From positions 8,960 through 72,959 of the forward strand of contig JAFEFF010000210.1 in NCBI GenBank assembly GCA_018240745.1: a stretch of 64,000 nt of DNA. The letters run 5' to 3'. A program made the translations under genes and the position numbers. Below the pieces are notes generated by a model that saw only the letters and a list, made by a program, of their open reading frames with translations, made no database searches and was not told where the DNA came from. Source of the DNA: Pseudomonadota bacterium (GTDB lineage Bacteria > Pseudomonadota > Alphaproteobacteria > Reyranellales > Reyranellaceae). This document shows positions 46,667-59,194 of this stretch, in pieces; within the stretch, counting starts at the first letter, position 1; the number at the start of each line of letters is the position of its first letter.

Positions 46667-47797
46667 GTGCCGTCTCCGCACCTGCTTCAGATCGTGCCGT
46701 CGCTCGACGGCGGCGGCCTGGCCCGCGCCACGCTCGACACCGCCCAGGCCGCGATCGCCGCCGGCGGCAGCGCCACGGTCGCGTCGGCCGGCGGCATGCT
46801 GATCCCGCAACTGCTGCGGTCGCACGTCAGGCATGTCGACTTTTCCTGCGACGGCAACCCGCTGTGGGCGCGGCTGTCGCTGCCGGCGCGGCTGTTCGGC
46901 GAGGTGCGCGACCACGGCATCGACATCGTGCAGACGCGCACCCCGCTCACCACCTGGATCGGCCGCGCGGTGGCGCGGCGGCTCAAGGCCAGGTGCATCG
47001 CCACCCTGCACACGCCGTTCGTCGCCACGACGCGGATCGAGCACCTGGTCGAGCAGCGCCAGGCGCGTGCCGACGCGCTGGTCGCGGTGTCCGATTACAT
47101 CGCCAGGAATGCGATCGCCCACATGCCGGCGCTCGCCGGGCGGATCGAGACCATCCGGCCCGGCATCAATCTCGACCGCTTCGATCCCGCGGCGGTGCGG
47201 GCCGAGCGCCTGATCAAGCTGTCGGCCGAGCTCGCCATCCCCGACGGCGCCCACGTCGTCCTCTGCGGCGCGCGCAGCGAACCCGGCCGGCTCACGCTGA
47301 TCCAGGCGATCAAGCAGCTCGGACGCGAGGACGTGTTCTGCCTGCTGCTCGGATCGGGCGACACCAAGACGCCGTTCGACAGGGAACTGGAGCGCCAGAT
47401 CGTGCAGGCCGATCTGCTGGGCCGCGTGCAGCTCGGTCCGCATGTCGAGGACATGCCGGCGGCCTACATGCTGGCCGACGTGGTGGTCGCGACCGGCGGC
47501 ACGCGCCGCGGCTTCAGCCGCACGCTGGTCGAGGCGCAGGCGATGGGCCGGCCGGTCGTCGCCGAGGAAGGCGGCGGTGCCGCCGAGTCGGTGCGCCCGG
47601 GCATCACCGGCTGGCTCGCCGGGCTCGCGGATGCGACGTCGCTCGCCCAGGCGATCGACACGGCGATCTCGCTGCCGCCGGAGCGCCGCGCCGAGCTGGC
47701 GCGCAATGCCCAGGACCATGTGCGCAGGCACTACTCGCTAAACAACAGCAACGAGCGCCTGATGCGGCTCTACCAGCGGCTGACGGAGCCGGCCTGA
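46667..47797 (+). CDS. glycosyltransferase family 4 (GT-B); start uncertain (GTG 46667 or 46649)
   Basis: LLQIVPSLDGGGLARATLD at the N-terminus and an EX7E-like C-terminal region (LVEAQAMGRPVVAEEGGGAAESV). There is no in-frame ATG near the N-terminus. Confidence 0.8.
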   Translation: MPSPHLLQIVPSLDGGGLARATLDTAQAAIAAGGSATVASAGGMLIPQLLRSHVRHVDFSCDGNPLWARLSLPARLFGEVRDHGIDIVQTRTPLTTWIGRAVARRLKARCIATLHTPFVATTRIEHLVEQRQARADALVAVSDYIARNAIAHMPALAGRIETIRPGINLDRFDPAAVRAERLIKLSAELAIPDGAHVVLCGARSEPGRLTLIQAIKQLGREDVFCLLLGSGDTKTPFDRELERQIVQADLLGRVQLGPHVEDMPAAYMLADVVVATGGTRRGFSRTLVEAQAMGRPVVAEEGGGAAESVRPGITGWLAGLADATSLAQAIDTAISLPPERRAELARNAQDHVRRHYSLNNSNERLMRLYQRLTEPA

Positions 47798-48007
47798 TCA
47801 CGTCGGTGGGCGACTTGACGGAAAAGCCCGCAATCTCTATCTCCGATCGCATGGACCGGATGTTTTTCCCCGTCCCGACGTCACTGACCACCGTTCGAAC
47901 TTGATTCGGCCGGGCGCGCGCCCTCGTGCCGCCTCCCGGCCTCGCGCCGCCGATGCTTTGCGTCGGCCGCAGCCTCGCGTTCGAATTCTTCTTTCCCGGT
48001 GGTTCCC

Positions 48008-49951
48008 ATGATCAATATTTCCTTGCCGGACGGGTCGGTCCGGCACTTCGACAAGCCGGTAAGCGGCGCCGATATCGCCGCCTCGATCGGCCCGGGCCTC
48101 GCCAAGGCGGCACTCGCCGTCAAGGTCGATGGCAAGCTCAAGGACCTCTCCGCAGTGGTCGACCGCGACGCCAGGATCGGCATCGTGACGTCGAAGGATC
48201 CGGAGGCGCTCGAGCTGTTGCGGCACGACGCGGCGCACGTGCTCGCGCAGGCGGTGCAGGAGCTCTATCCCGGCACGCAGATCACGTTCGGTCCGGCGAC
48301 GGAGGACGGCTTCTACTACGACTTCGTGCGCGACCAGCCGTTCACGCCCGAGGACTTCGCCCGGATCGAGCAGCGCATGGCGGAGATCGTCGACCGCAAC
48401 CTGCCGATCGAGCGCGAGGTGTGGGACCGCAGCAGGATCAAGCAGTACTTCGTCGACCACGGCGAGAAGTTCAAGGCCGAATGGGCCGACGAGCTGCCGA
48501 AGGACGAGGAGATCTCGGTCTACAAACAGGGCGACTGGCTCGACATGTGCCTCGGCCCGCACCTGCCCTCGACGGGCAAGCTCGGCAAGGCGTTCAAGCT
48601 CACGAAGGTGTCGGGCGCCTACTGGCGCGGCGATGCCAGGAACGCCCAGCTCCAGCGCGTCTACGGCACGGTGTTCTTCTCGGACAAGGACCTCAAGGCG
48701 TACCTCCATCGGATCGAGGAAGCCGAGAAGCGCGACCATCGCCGCATCGGCAGGGAGATGGGTCTCTTCCATCAGCAGGAAGAGGCGGCCGGCATGGTGT
48801 TCTGGCATCCCAAGGGCTGGACGTTCTGGCGCACGATCGAGGGCTATCTCCGGCGCAAGCTCGAGGCCGGCGGCTATGTCGAGGTGAAGACGCCGCAGCT
48901 CGTCGACCGCAAGCTGTGGGAAGAGTCGGGCCACTGGGAGAAGTTCCGCGAGAACATGTATCTCAGCGAGAACGAGGAAGGCCTGCGGGAGTACATCGCC
49001 GATCCGGCGCACCGCATCTTCGCGCTGAAGCCGATGAACTGCCCGTGCCACGTGCAGATCTTCAACCAGGGCCTGCGCAGCTACCGTGAGCTGCCCTTGC
49101 GCATGGCCGAGATGGGATCGTGCCACCGCTTCGAGCCGTCGGGCGCGCTGCACGGCATCCTGCGGGTGCGCAACTTCACGCAGGACGATGCCCACATCTT
49201 CTGCAGCGAGGACATGATCGAGGCCGAGACGATCCGCTTCTGCGAGCTGCTCGGCTCGATCTATCGCGACCTCGGCTTCCCGGACTACTTCGTGAAGTTC
49301 TCCGACCGGCCGCCGGTGCGCGCGGGGTCGGACGCGGTGTGGGACCAGGCTGAGGGCGCGCTCAAGTCGGCGTCGAAGGCGGCCGGCCTCGACCTGATCC
49401 TCAATCCCGGCGAGGGCGCCTTCTATGGGCCCAAGCTCGAATTCGTGCTGCGCGACGCGATCGGCCGCGACTGGCAGTGCGGAACGCTGCAGGTCGATTT
49501 CGTGCTGCCCGATCGCCTCGGTGCGGAGTACGTGGCCGAGGACGGCTCGCGCAAGATGCCGGTCATGCTGCACCGGGCGATCTTCGGCAGCTTCGAGCGG
49601 ATGATCGGCATCCTGATCGAGCACTATGCCGGGCGATTCCCGCTCTGGTTGGCGCCGACCCAAGCAGTGGTAGCCACGATCGTCAGCGACGCCGACAGCT
49701 ATGCCGGGGAGGTCGCTGCGAAACTGCGGGCTGCGGGCATGCGGGTCGAGATCGACAGCAGCAACCAGAAGATCAACTACAAGGTCCGCGAGCACTCGCT
49801 GGCCCACGTGCCGCTGATCTTAGCGGTCGGCCGACGCGACATGGACAACAAGACGGTCGCGATCCGACGGTTGGGCTCGGAAAAGCAGGAGGTCCTTGAA
49901 TTGGGGGCCGCCGTCACTACACTTTCAAGGGAGGCCCAGCCGCCCTTCTAG
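48008..49951 (+). CDS. thrS: threonine--tRNA ligase
   Basis: Starts [20 protein letters not shown] (TGS domain), has the editing HxxxH motif ([11 protein letters not shown]) and class II motifs (FRNEPSG-like [26 protein letters not shown]). Confidence 0.95.
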   Translation: MINISLPDGSVRHFDKPVSGADIAASIGPGLAKAALAVKVDGKLKDLSAVVDRDARIGIVTSKDPEALELLRHDAAHVLAQAVQELYPGTQITFGPATEDGFYYDFVRDQPFTPEDFARIEQRMAEIVDRNLPIEREVWDRSRIKQYFVDHGEKFKAEWADELPKDEEISVYKQGDWLDMCLGPHLPSTGKLGKAFKLTKVSGAYWRGDARNAQLQRVYGTVFFSDKDLKAYLHRIEEAEKRDHRRIGREMGLFHQQEEAAGMVFWHPKGWTFWRTIEGYLRRKLEAGGYVEVKTPQLVDRKLWEESGHWEKFRENMYLSENEEGLREYIADPAHRIFALKPMNCPCHVQIFNQGLRSYRELPLRMAEMGSCHRFEPSGALHGILRVRNFTQDDAHIFCSEDMIEAETIRFCELLGSIYRDLGFPDYFVKFSDRPPVRAGSDAVWDQAEGALKSASKAAGLDLILNPGEGAFYGPKLEFVLRDAIGRDWQCGTLQVDFVLPDRLGAEYVAEDGSRKMPVMLHRAIFGSFERMIGILIEHYAGRFPLWLAPTQAVVATIVSDADSYAGEVAAKLRAAGMRVEIDSSNQKINYKVREHSLAHVPLILAVGRRDMDNKTVAIRRLGSEKQEVLELGAAVTTLSREAQPPF

Positions 49952-50010
49952 GGGCGGTTGCGGCCTCGTTTTCGGCCCCGAGAGGGGCATCAACGAGGGA
50001 GAAGTTAGCC

Positions 50011-50547
50011 ATAGCACGTCCTGCACAACAAAGCGCGCCGACCCGCGACGGTCCGCGCGTCAACGGCGAAATCAGAGCGCCGCAAGTCCGACTGATCGAC
50101 GAGAACGGCGATATGGTCGGCGTCGTCAGTGCCCGCGAAGCGTTGGAGATGGCCGAGGAGGCCAGCCTCGATCTGATCGAGATCTCGCCCAACGCCGTCC
50201 CGCCGGTCTGCAAGATCTCCGATTACGGCAAGTACAAGTACGAGGCCCAGAAGAAGGCGCACGAGGCCCGGAAGCACCAGAAGGTGATCGAGGTCAAGGA
50301 GATCAAGATGCGCCCGAACATCGACGACCACGACTACGAAGTGAAGATGAAGGCGATGAAGCGCTTCATCGAGGAAGGCGACAAGGTGAAGGTCACCCTG
50401 CGCTTCCGCGGTCGCGAGATGGTCCATTCCGAGCTCGGCCTGCAGGTCCTGAACCGCGTGCGCGGCGAGATGGATCCGCTCACCAAGATCGAATCCATGC
50501 CGCGCATGGAAGGCCGGCAGATGGTCATGGTGCTGGCGCCCAAGTGA
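50011..50547 (+). CDS. infC: translation initiation factor IF-3, non-AUG (ATA) start
   Basis: The conserved IF-3 N-terminal segment ([22 protein letters not shown]) lies upstream of the first ATG (50113). There is no in-frame ATG/GTG/TTG between the stop at 49897 and 50113. ATA at 50011 is preceded by a GGGAG Shine-Dalgarno. Confidence 0.85.
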   Translation: MARPAQQSAPTRDGPRVNGEIRAPQVRLIDENGDMVGVVSAREALEMAEEASLDLIEISPNAVPPVCKISDYGKYKYEAQKKAHEARKHQKVIEVKEIKMRPNIDDHDYEVKMKAMKRFIEEGDKVKVTLRFRGREMVHSELGLQVLNRVRGEMDPLTKIESMPRMEGRQMVMVLAPK

Positions 50548-50648
50548 CGGTCAAGTGACGTCAAGAGACGGGCGAGCGACACCCCCGGTGAAGTGAGCAA
50601 GTGAAGTGAGCAGGTGACGCCGCAGGTCCGGCGTCCGCCTCTACACCT

Positions 50649-51653
50649 TCATCGCGACGGGAGGGCGCCAGGCTCCGTGCAGCCGAGCCCGTCTTCGCCG
50701 GCCGCCTGCACCAGGCCCTCGTAGTCGAGGATCTCGACGAGGTTGCGGCGCGAGCGGAGGACCTTGCGGGCCTCGAGCATGTGCAGCGCCACCGTGACGC
50801 CCGAGCGCCGCACCGCCAGCAGCTTGGCGAGGGCTTCATGGGTCAACACGAGCTGCGGCGTGCCGAGCCGCAGGGAGGCGAGCAGCAGGCGACGCGCCAG
50901 GCGCTGCTCGATCGTGCTGCTGCCGATCGACACCGCGCTGTCCGACATCTGGCCGACGAAGGCATGCACAGCCGCGAGCAGCACGGTCCGAAGCTCGGGA
51001 CGCCGCTCGAGCAACGGCATCAGCGCACCGGCCGGTGCGCGCCACGCGCTGCCCGCCACCTGCATCACGCTCTCCAATCCCGGGCTGCGCGACGGGCCGA
51101 GCATCAGCATGCCGCCGGCGATGCCCTCGCGGCCGACCAGCGCGACCTCGACCGCCTTGCCGCGCGCATTGCGTGCCGAGACCGACACCAGTCCGGTGAT
51201 CGGAAAGTAAACCCAGTCGATCTCGCCGTCGGCCGTACTCAGCTTCTCTCCGGCTGTCAGGGTGACCCGCTCGAGATGAGGCTGCAGCGCCTGCCAGTCG
51301 GCCGGCGCGAGGCGCCCGAGCACGTGGTTGGCGCGCTCGCCCTCCATCGACGGCCGCGCGAAGCCGGCGAGCGCGCGGCCGAACTCGCGATCGTCGACCG
51401 GCTTCTTGAGCAGCATGAAGGGGATGTCGCGCTTGCGCAGTTGCTCGCACAGCGGCGAGCTGCCGTCGCCCTGCAGGTCGCCGTCGATCACCGCACCGTC
51501 CAGCGCGTTGTCGCGCACGAACTCGAGTCCCTTGTCGACGTGCTCGACCATGCCGGCGACGTCGCAGCCATGCCGCACGATCATGTCGCACACCGCGAGC
51601 GCCGTCGGATAACTCTCTTCGACAACCAGGATGCGGGGCCGGGACTGCATCAT
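50649..51653 (-). CDS. hybrid regulator: short receiver-like N-domain + Crp/Fnr cNMP-binding and HTH domains
   Basis: 334 aa. The N-terminal RILVVEES...DGAVIDGDL...IPFMLLKKP looks like a shortened REC domain. A beta-barrel (WVYFPITGLVSV) and a C-terminal HTH (THEALAKLLAVRRSGVTVALHMLE) follow. Confidence 0.75.
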   Translation of the reverse strand: MMQSRPRILVVEESYPTALAVCDMIVRHGCDVAGMVEHVDKGLEFVRDNALDGAVIDGDLQGDGSSPLCEQLRKRDIPFMLLKKPVDDREFGRALAGFARPSMEGERANHVLGRLAPADWQALQPHLERVTLTAGEKLSTADGEIDWVYFPITGLVSVSARNARGKAVEVALVGREGIAGGMLMLGPSRSPGLESVMQVAGSAWRAPAGALMPLLERRPELRTVLLAAVHAFVGQMSDSAVSIGSSTIEQRLARRLLLASLRLGTPQLVLTHEALAKLLAVRRSGVTVALHMLEARKVLRSRRNLVEILDYEGLVQAAGEDGLGCTEPGALPSR

Positions 51654-51735
51654 CAGAACTCCTCCTGTGTGTCGACAAGCCGTCGAATGAACGCCCTGCC
51701 GTCACAAAGGAAACACACCGCGACAAAAGGGTCGG

Positions 51736-52491
51736 TCAGGGCATGTACGAACCGCCGTTCACATGCAGCACCTGGCCGGTGACCGCACTTGCTTCATCGG
51801 AGGCGAGAAAAACCGCGGTTCGGGCGATTTGATCGGGTGTCAGCAGCCTGCCGCCGAGCGGGATCGAGGTGCGCGCCATCTCGGCCAGCTCGACATCGGT
51901 GTTTCCATAACGCGGTTGTGCAGTGTCGGTGAGGCCGGGGGCGATGGCGTTGACGCGGATGCCGTGCGGCGCGAGCTCGAGCGCCATCGCGCGGGTCATC
52001 GACACCACACCGCCCTTGCTCGCGCTGTAATGCACGCCCCGCACCGCCCCGCGCACCGAGGCCGAGGCGAGATTGACGACCACGCCCGGCTTCTTCGCCG
52101 CGACCAGTGCCCTGGCGACCGCAATCGTCGCGAAGCAGCCGGCCTTGAGGTTGATGTCGAGGACATAGTCCCAGTCGCTCTCGCGCATCTCGAGCAGGGG
52201 CACGCGCGGATAAACGCCGGCATTGTTGACCAGGATGTCGACGGTCCCGAGCTGGCGCGCCGCCTCCGCGACCATCGAATCGATCTCGCCGAGCCTGGCC
52301 ATATCGGCCTTGATCAGGGCCGCGCGCCGGCCTTTCTCGCGGACCCCTCTGGCAACCGCCTCGGCGTCGGCCAAGTTGTCGAGCCAGTTGATGGCCATGT
52401 CCGCGCCCTCGCCCGCCAGGGCGAGCGCGATCGCCGCCCCGATGCCCTGCTGGGCGCCGGTGACCAGGGCGACTTTACCGTGCAATTTCAT
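51736..52491 (-). CDS. SDR-family oxidoreductase (FabG-like)
   Basis: 251 aa with TGAQQGIG, NNAG and YSASK motifs. Confidence 0.85.
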   Translation of the reverse strand: MKLHGKVALVTGAQQGIGAAIALALAGEGADMAINWLDNLADAEAVARGVREKGRRAALIKADMARLGEIDSMVAEAARQLGTVDILVNNAGVYPRVPLLEMRESDWDYVLDINLKAGCFATIAVARALVAAKKPGVVVNLASASVRGAVRGVHYSASKGGVVSMTRAMALELAPHGIRVNAIAPGLTDTAQPRYGNTDVELAEMARTSIPLGGRLLTPDQIARTAVFLASDEASAVTGQVLHVNGGSYMP

Positions 52492-52609
52492 AGGAACTCC
52501 CCTGCTTGCGTGGCTCGAGGGGCATCGCTATAAGCCCCCTTCCTTCGGCGGTCTGGCCCAAAGGGCATTGCCTCGATCGCCTAACGTAACCCTTTGAAAA
52601 GGAAAGAAA

Positions 52610-52813
52610 ATGCCCAAGATGAAGACCAAGAGCGGGGCCAAGAAGCGTTTTCGCTTCACGGCATCCGGCAAAGTGAAGCATGGCGTGGTCGGAAAGCGCC
52701 ACGGCATGACCAAGCGGGGCAACCGCTTCCTGCGCCAGGCCACCGGCATGGCGATCGTGTCGGAGCCCGACACCCGCATCATCAAGCGCAACTTTTTCCC
52801 GTACGAGAGGTAA
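52610..52813 (+). CDS. rpmI: 50S ribosomal protein L35
   Basis: 67 aa starting [14 protein letters not shown]. Confidence 0.95.
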   Translation: MPKMKTKSGAKKRFRFTASGKVKHGVVGKRHGMTKRGNRFLRQATGMAIVSEPDTRIIKRNFFPYER

Positions 52814-52819
52814 TCCGCC

Positions 52820-53176
52820 ATGGCACGCGTCAAGCGGGGCGTGGCTGCACACGCTCGTCACAAGAAGGTCCTGAAGCTCGCCAAGGGCTATCGCGGCCGC
52901 GCCAAGGTCGCGTTCCGCGTCGGCATCGAGAAGGTCGAGAAGGGCCTGCAGTACGCCTACCGCGATCGCCGCAACAAGAAGCGCGCGTTCCGCGGCCTGT
53001 GGATCCAGCGCATCAACGCGGCGGTCCGCGAGCACGGTATGACCTACTCGAAGTTCATGAACGGCATTCTCAAGGCCGGCATCGAGGTCGACCGCAAGGT
53101 GATGGCCGATCTCGCCGCCCGCGAGCCGGCAGCGTTCAAGGCCCTGGTCGAACAGGCCCAGGCCGCCCTCAAGTAA
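52820..53176 (+). CDS. rplT: 50S ribosomal protein L20
   Basis: 118 aa starting [27 protein letters not shown]. Confidence 0.95.
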   Translation: MARVKRGVAAHARHKKVLKLAKGYRGRAKVAFRVGIEKVEKGLQYAYRDRRNKKRAFRGLWIQRINAAVREHGMTYSKFMNGILKAGIEVDRKVMADLAAREPAAFKALVEQAQAALK

Positions 53177-53230
53177 TTCGCGCCGCCCTCCCCTCGACCG
53201 AATCGAGGGCGCGCTGAATCGAAGTCCAAG

Positions 53231-53260
53231 AGGGAGCCTGTGCCGCAGGCTCCCTCTTTT
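53231..53260 (+). terminator. hairpin plus T-run between rplT and pheS (terminator/attenuator)
   Basis: AGGGAGCCTG-TGCCG-CAGGCTCCCT followed by CTTTT. The supplied ORF start at 53240 (GTG) lies inside this hairpin. Confidence 0.65.
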
Positions 53261-53275
53261 CGTCTGGAGTTGGCG

Positions 53276-54358
53276 ATGGATGATCTTGCGACGATCCGTA
53301 ACGAGGCGCTGAGCGCCGTCGAAAGCGCGGCCGATCTCGGTGCGCTCGACGCCGTGCGCGTCGCCGCCCTCGGCAAGAAGGGCAGCGTCACCGGCCTGAT
53401 GAAGACGCTGGGCGCGCTCGCCCCCGAGCAGCGCAAGGAGTTCGGCGCGCGGGTCAACCAGCTCAAGGGCGAGATCGAGGCCGCCCTCGAGGCGCGCAAG
53501 TCGACGCTCGGCACCGCCGCGCTCGCCGCCAGGCTCGCCAGCGAGAAGGTCGACGTCACCCTGCCGGCGCGGCCCGAAAGCCGCGGCACGCTGCATCCGA
53601 TCGGCGAGGTGATGGACGAGCTCGCCTCGATCTTCGGCGAGATGGGCTTCACCTGGGCCGAAGGCCCGGACATCGAGGACGACTGGCACAACTTCACCGC
53701 CCTCAACATCCCGCCCGACCATCCGGCGCGGCAGATGCAGGACACCTTCTACCTGCCGTCGCGCGCCGACGGCACGCCGATGGTGCTGCGCACGCACACC
53801 TCGCCGGTGCAGGCCCGCACCATGCTCGACAAGGACGTGCAGAAGATGCTGGCCGACGGCGGGTCGCTGCGCGTCATCGTGCCGGGCCGCACCTTCCGCA
53901 TCGACAACGACGCCACGCACACGCCGATGTTCCACCAGGTCGAAGGCCTGGTGATCGACCGCGTCACCCACATGGGCCACCTCAAGGGCTGCATCTACGA
54001 CTTCTGCCGCGCCTACTTCGAGGTCGAAGGCGAGCTGCCGATCCGCTTCCGACCCTCCTACTTCCCCTTCACCGAACCGTCGGCCGAGGTAGACATCGGC
54101 TGCTCGTGGAAGGACGGCGAACTCAGGATCGGCGCCGGCGAGTCGTGGCTCGAGATTCTCGGTTGCGGCATGGTGCATCCACGCGCGATCGCCAACTGCG
54201 GGCTCGACCCCGCGGTCTACCAGGGCTTCGCCTTCGGCATGGGCATCGACCGCATCGCCATGCTGAAGTACGGCATCCCCGACCTGCGCAGCTTCTTCGA
54301 TTCGGATCTCAGGTGGCTGCGCCACTACGGCTTCTCTGCTTTGGAGGCCGTGCGATGA
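53276..54358 (+). CDS. pheS: phenylalanine--tRNA ligase alpha subunit
   Basis: Starts at the ATG at 53276 after a GGAG Shine-Dalgarno. It has class II motifs ([41 protein letters not shown]). Confidence 0.93.
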   Translation: MDDLATIRNEALSAVESAADLGALDAVRVAALGKKGSVTGLMKTLGALAPEQRKEFGARVNQLKGEIEAALEARKSTLGTAALAARLASEKVDVTLPARPESRGTLHPIGEVMDELASIFGEMGFTWAEGPDIEDDWHNFTALNIPPDHPARQMQDTFYLPSRADGTPMVLRTHTSPVQARTMLDKDVQKMLADGGSLRVIVPGRTFRIDNDATHTPMFHQVEGLVIDRVTHMGHLKGCIYDFCRAYFEVEGELPIRFRPSYFPFTEPSAEVDIGCSWKDGELRIGAGESWLEILGCGMVHPRAIANCGLDPAVYQGFAFGMGIDRIAMLKYGIPDLRSFFDSDLRWLRHYGFSALEAVR

Positions 54359-56754
54359 AGTTCACGCTCTCCTGGCTGAAGGAGCATCTCGACACCACCG
54401 CGACCCTCGAGCAGGTTCGCGACGCATTGACCATGCTCGGGCTCGAGGTCGAGGGGATCGACAATGCCGCCGAGACCTTCAAGGGCTTCGTCGTGGGCTA
54501 CGTCGTCGAGGCGGTACAGCATCCCAACGCCGACCGGCTGCGGGTCTGCAAGGTCGACACCGGCTCGGGGGTGGTCCAGGTCGTATGCGGCGCGCCCAAC
54601 GCGCGCACCGGCATGAAGGGCGTGTTCGCGCCGGCCGGCAGCTACATTCCCGGCACCGACCTGCATCTGAAGGCGAGCAAGATCCGCGGCCAGGACAGCA
54701 ATGGCATGCTGTGCTCCATGCGCGAGCTTCAGCTCAGCGACGATCACACCGGCATCATCGATCTGCCGGCCGATGCCAAGGTCGGCATGCCGGCGGCCGC
54801 AGCGCTGGGTCTCGACGATCCCGTGATCGAGATCAAGGTGACGCCCAACCGCGGCGACTGCCTCGGCGTGCACGGCATTGCGCGCGACCTCGCGGCGGCG
54901 GGTATCGGTACGCTGAAGCCGTTCAGGGCCGAGCGTGTGAAGGGCAGCTACGCCAGCCCGATCAAGTGGACGCACGGCTACGAGGCCAGGCCCGACAGCC
55001 CCTGCCCGATCGTGGTCGGACGTCACTTCCGCGGCGTGAAGAACGGTCCCTCGCCCGACTGGCTGCAGCGCCGCCTGAAGGCGATTGGGCTCCGACCCAT
55101 TTCGGTCCTGGTCGACATCACCAACCTCGTGACCTTCGACCTCAACCGGCCCTTGCACGTGTTCGACGCCCGAAAGCTCTCGGGCGACCTCGTCATGCGC
55201 CAGGCGCGCGACGGCGAGCAGCTTCTGGCGCTCGACGGCAAGACCTACACGCTCGATCCCTCGATCGCGGTGATCGCCGATTCGCGTGCCGTGCACGGCC
55301 TGGGCGGCATCATGGGCGGCGAGGACACCGGCGTTCAGGCCGACACGACCGACGTCTTCCTCGAAGTGGCCTATTTCGACCCCATCCGGACCGCCGCCTC
55401 GGGCCGCAAGCTCGGCATCCAGTCCGACGCACGCTACCGTTTCGAGCGGGGCATCGATCCCGAATCGGTGCACTGGGGCGCCGACATGGCGACAATGCTG
55501 ATCCTCGAGCTGTGCGGCGGCGAGGCGAGCGAGCTGACGCAGAGTGGCGTCATGCCCGACTGGCGACGCGACTTCACCCTGCGCGCCGACCGCGTGAAGG
55601 GCCTGAGCGGCATCGACGTCCCGGCGAAAGACACCACGGGCATCCTCACCAAGCTCGGCTTCAAGGTAGCCGGCACGGGACCGTGGACCGCCTCGGTGCC
55701 GTCGTGGCGGCCGGACATCGTGGGCGAGGCGGATCTCGTCGAAGAGGTCACGCGCGTCTACGGCTTCGACCATATCCCGACGACCTCCCTGCCCCGTCTG
55801 TCGGCGATCTCCAGGCCGGTGCGCACGCCGATGCAGCGGCGCGTGCCCCAGGCTCGTCGTGCGCTCGCCGCGCGGGGCATGAACGAGGCCGTCACCTGGT
55901 CGTTCATGGCGCGCGCCAAGGCCGAGCGGTTCGGCGCGCAGCAGAAGACCGAGCTGCGGCTATTGAACTCGATCGACGCCACGCTCGACACCATGCGGCC
56001 GTCGATCCTGCCCAACCTGATCGATGCCGCCGCGCGCAACGAGGCGCGGGGCTTGAGCGATCCCGCCCTGTTCGAGGTCGGCCCGCAGTACAAGGATGCT
56101 TCGCCGACCGGCCAGGTGCGCGTCGCGGCCGGCGTCCGCCACAACATGGCGGTGCCGCGCAACTGGGCCGGCCCGACGCGCACGGTCGACGTGTTCGACG
56201 CCAAGGCCGACGCGCTCGCGGTGCTCGCGGCGATCGGCGCGCCCGACAACCTGAGCGCCAGCACCGGCGCGCCGGACTGGTATCACCCCGGCCGCTCGGG
56301 CGTGATCAAGCTCGGCGACCGCGTCATGGCCTATTTCGGCGAGCTGCATCCCGAGATCGTCGCCGAGGCCGATCTCAAGGGCCCGGTCGCCGCCTTCGAG
56401 GTGTTCCTCGAGGCGCCGCCGCTGCCCAAGCAGAAGGCCACCAAGGCGCGGTCCAAGCTCATCCTGTCGCCCTTCCAGCCGGTCGAGCGCGATTTCGCCT
56501 TCCTGGTCGATGCCGCGGTCGAGGCCGACAAGCTCGTCCGTGCCGCGCGCAACGCCGACAAGGCGCTGATTACGGCTGCGCGCGTATTCGACCTCTATGC
56601 CGGCAAGGGCGTGCCCGACGGCAAGAAGTCGCTCGCGATCGCCGTCACTCTGCAGCCGATGGAGCGGACGCTCACGGATGCGGAGATCGAGGCTGTTTCG
56701 AACAAGATCGTCGCTGCCGTCGCCAAGGCGACGGGGGCAACGTTGCGTGGGTAG
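54355..56754 (+). CDS. pheT: phenylalanine--tRNA ligase beta subunit
   Basis: 799 aa starting [14 protein letters not shown], with tRNA-binding, B3/4, B5 and FDX-ACB domains in order. There is an ATGA overlap with pheS. Confidence 0.95.
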   Translation: MKFTLSWLKEHLDTTATLEQVRDALTMLGLEVEGIDNAAETFKGFVVGYVVEAVQHPNADRLRVCKVDTGSGVVQVVCGAPNARTGMKGVFAPAGSYIPGTDLHLKASKIRGQDSNGMLCSMRELQLSDDHTGIIDLPADAKVGMPAAAALGLDDPVIEIKVTPNRGDCLGVHGIARDLAAAGIGTLKPFRAERVKGSYASPIKWTHGYEARPDSPCPIVVGRHFRGVKNGPSPDWLQRRLKAIGLRPISVLVDITNLVTFDLNRPLHVFDARKLSGDLVMRQARDGEQLLALDGKTYTLDPSIAVIADSRAVHGLGGIMGGEDTGVQADTTDVFLEVAYFDPIRTAASGRKLGIQSDARYRFERGIDPESVHWGADMATMLILELCGGEASELTQSGVMPDWRRDFTLRADRVKGLSGIDVPAKDTTGILTKLGFKVAGTGPWTASVPSWRPDIVGEADLVEEVTRVYGFDHIPTTSLPRLSAISRPVRTPMQRRVPQARRALAARGMNEAVTWSFMARAKAERFGAQQKTELRLLNSIDATLDTMRPSILPNLIDAAARNEARGLSDPALFEVGPQYKDASPTGQVRVAAGVRHNMAVPRNWAGPTRTVDVFDAKADALAVLAAIGAPDNLSASTGAPDWYHPGRSGVIKLGDRVMAYFGELHPEIVAEADLKGPVAAFEVFLEAPPLPKQKATKARSKLILSPFQPVERDFAFLVDAAVEADKLVRAARNADKALITAARVFDLYAGKGVPDGKKSLAIAVTLQPMERTLTDAEIEAVSNKIVAAVAKATGATLRG

Positions 56755-56769
56755 CTCACCCCCTCCCTG

Positions 56770-56832
56770 CCCTCCCCCTGAGGGGGAGGGGATCGCGGGG
56801 CCTCCTCTTCGCCCTCCCCCTGAGGGGGAGGG
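56770..56832. repeat. two identical perfect hairpins CCCTCCCCC-TGA-GGGGGAGGG
   Basis: The copies are at 56770-56790 and 56812-56832, between pheT and lepA. A related hairpin lies at 59162-59186. Confidence 0.8.
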
Positions 56833-56864
56833 TCGGGTGGGGGTCGGCTCCAGACGAGTATGAA

Positions 56865-58667
<1,803 letters not shown>

Positions 58668-58789
58668 GCGGGACACTCCCGGGCCGTTCAGGCCTTCCGG
58701 CGCAAAGCTGAGCAATCGCGCGAGTCAGCGCCCAGGAATTTCGACCGGACGAAGGCTCTCTTTCTGTCGTCCTGAGCGCCGCGCTCCCG

Positions 58790-59140
58790 CTAGATCACCT
58801 TCCGCACGACGTGGCTGCGGTTGAAGGTGTAGGGGCGGACTTCCTTGGGCCAGCGGCCCTGCTCGCCGGCGGCAGCCCATTCCTTGCTGAGCAGGACGTC
58901 GGGGCTGTCGAGCTCGTACATCGCGACGTAGTGGGCCATGCCGGCGCCGTCGAGCGTCTTGCGCTCGCCGCCGATGTTGAAGGCGGCCGGCTCGGTCTTG
59001 AGCCGGGTGATGGCGCCGACGCCCGGCACCTTGCCCAGCAGCGGCACATGCTCCTTGTCGTAGACCTCGTTGAACAGCGCTTCCTTGTCCTTCTGCACAT
59101 CCATGCTGACGATGAACAGATACTTCTTGGCGATCGGCAT
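58790..59140 (-). CDS. hypothetical protein, probable ferredoxin-like (EthD/DUF4286-type) fold
   Basis: 116 aa with FNEVYDKEHVPLLGKVPGVGAITRL...YVAMYELDSPDVL. It is the last gene of a three-gene minus-strand cluster. The family call is tentative. Confidence 0.55.
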   Translation of the reverse strand: MPIAKKYLFIVSMDVQKDKEALFNEVYDKEHVPLLGKVPGVGAITRLKTEPAAFNIGGERKTLDGAGMAHYVAMYELDSPDVLLSKEWAAAGEQGRWPKEVRPYTFNRSHVVRKVI

Positions 59141-59161
59141 GTTCCTTCCTTCCGTTCATAT

Positions 59162-59186
59162 TCCTCTCCCCCGATAGGGGAGAGGA
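59162..59186. repeat. intercistronic hairpin TCCTCTCCCC-CGATA-GGGGAGAGGA
   Basis: A perfect 10-bp stem between the SDR stop (59195) and the next start (59140). Its G/C-tract style matches the 56770 hairpins. Confidence 0.6.
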
Positions 59187-59194
59187 GAAAGAGT

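Noticed and set aside
47837-49807. 656-aa ORF antisense to thrS, and similar antisense ORFs at 52475..54325, 54325..55773 and 56595..58115
   Set aside because: They lie opposite highly conserved housekeeping genes (thrS, pheS, pheT, lepA). They have no motifs and artefact-like composition.
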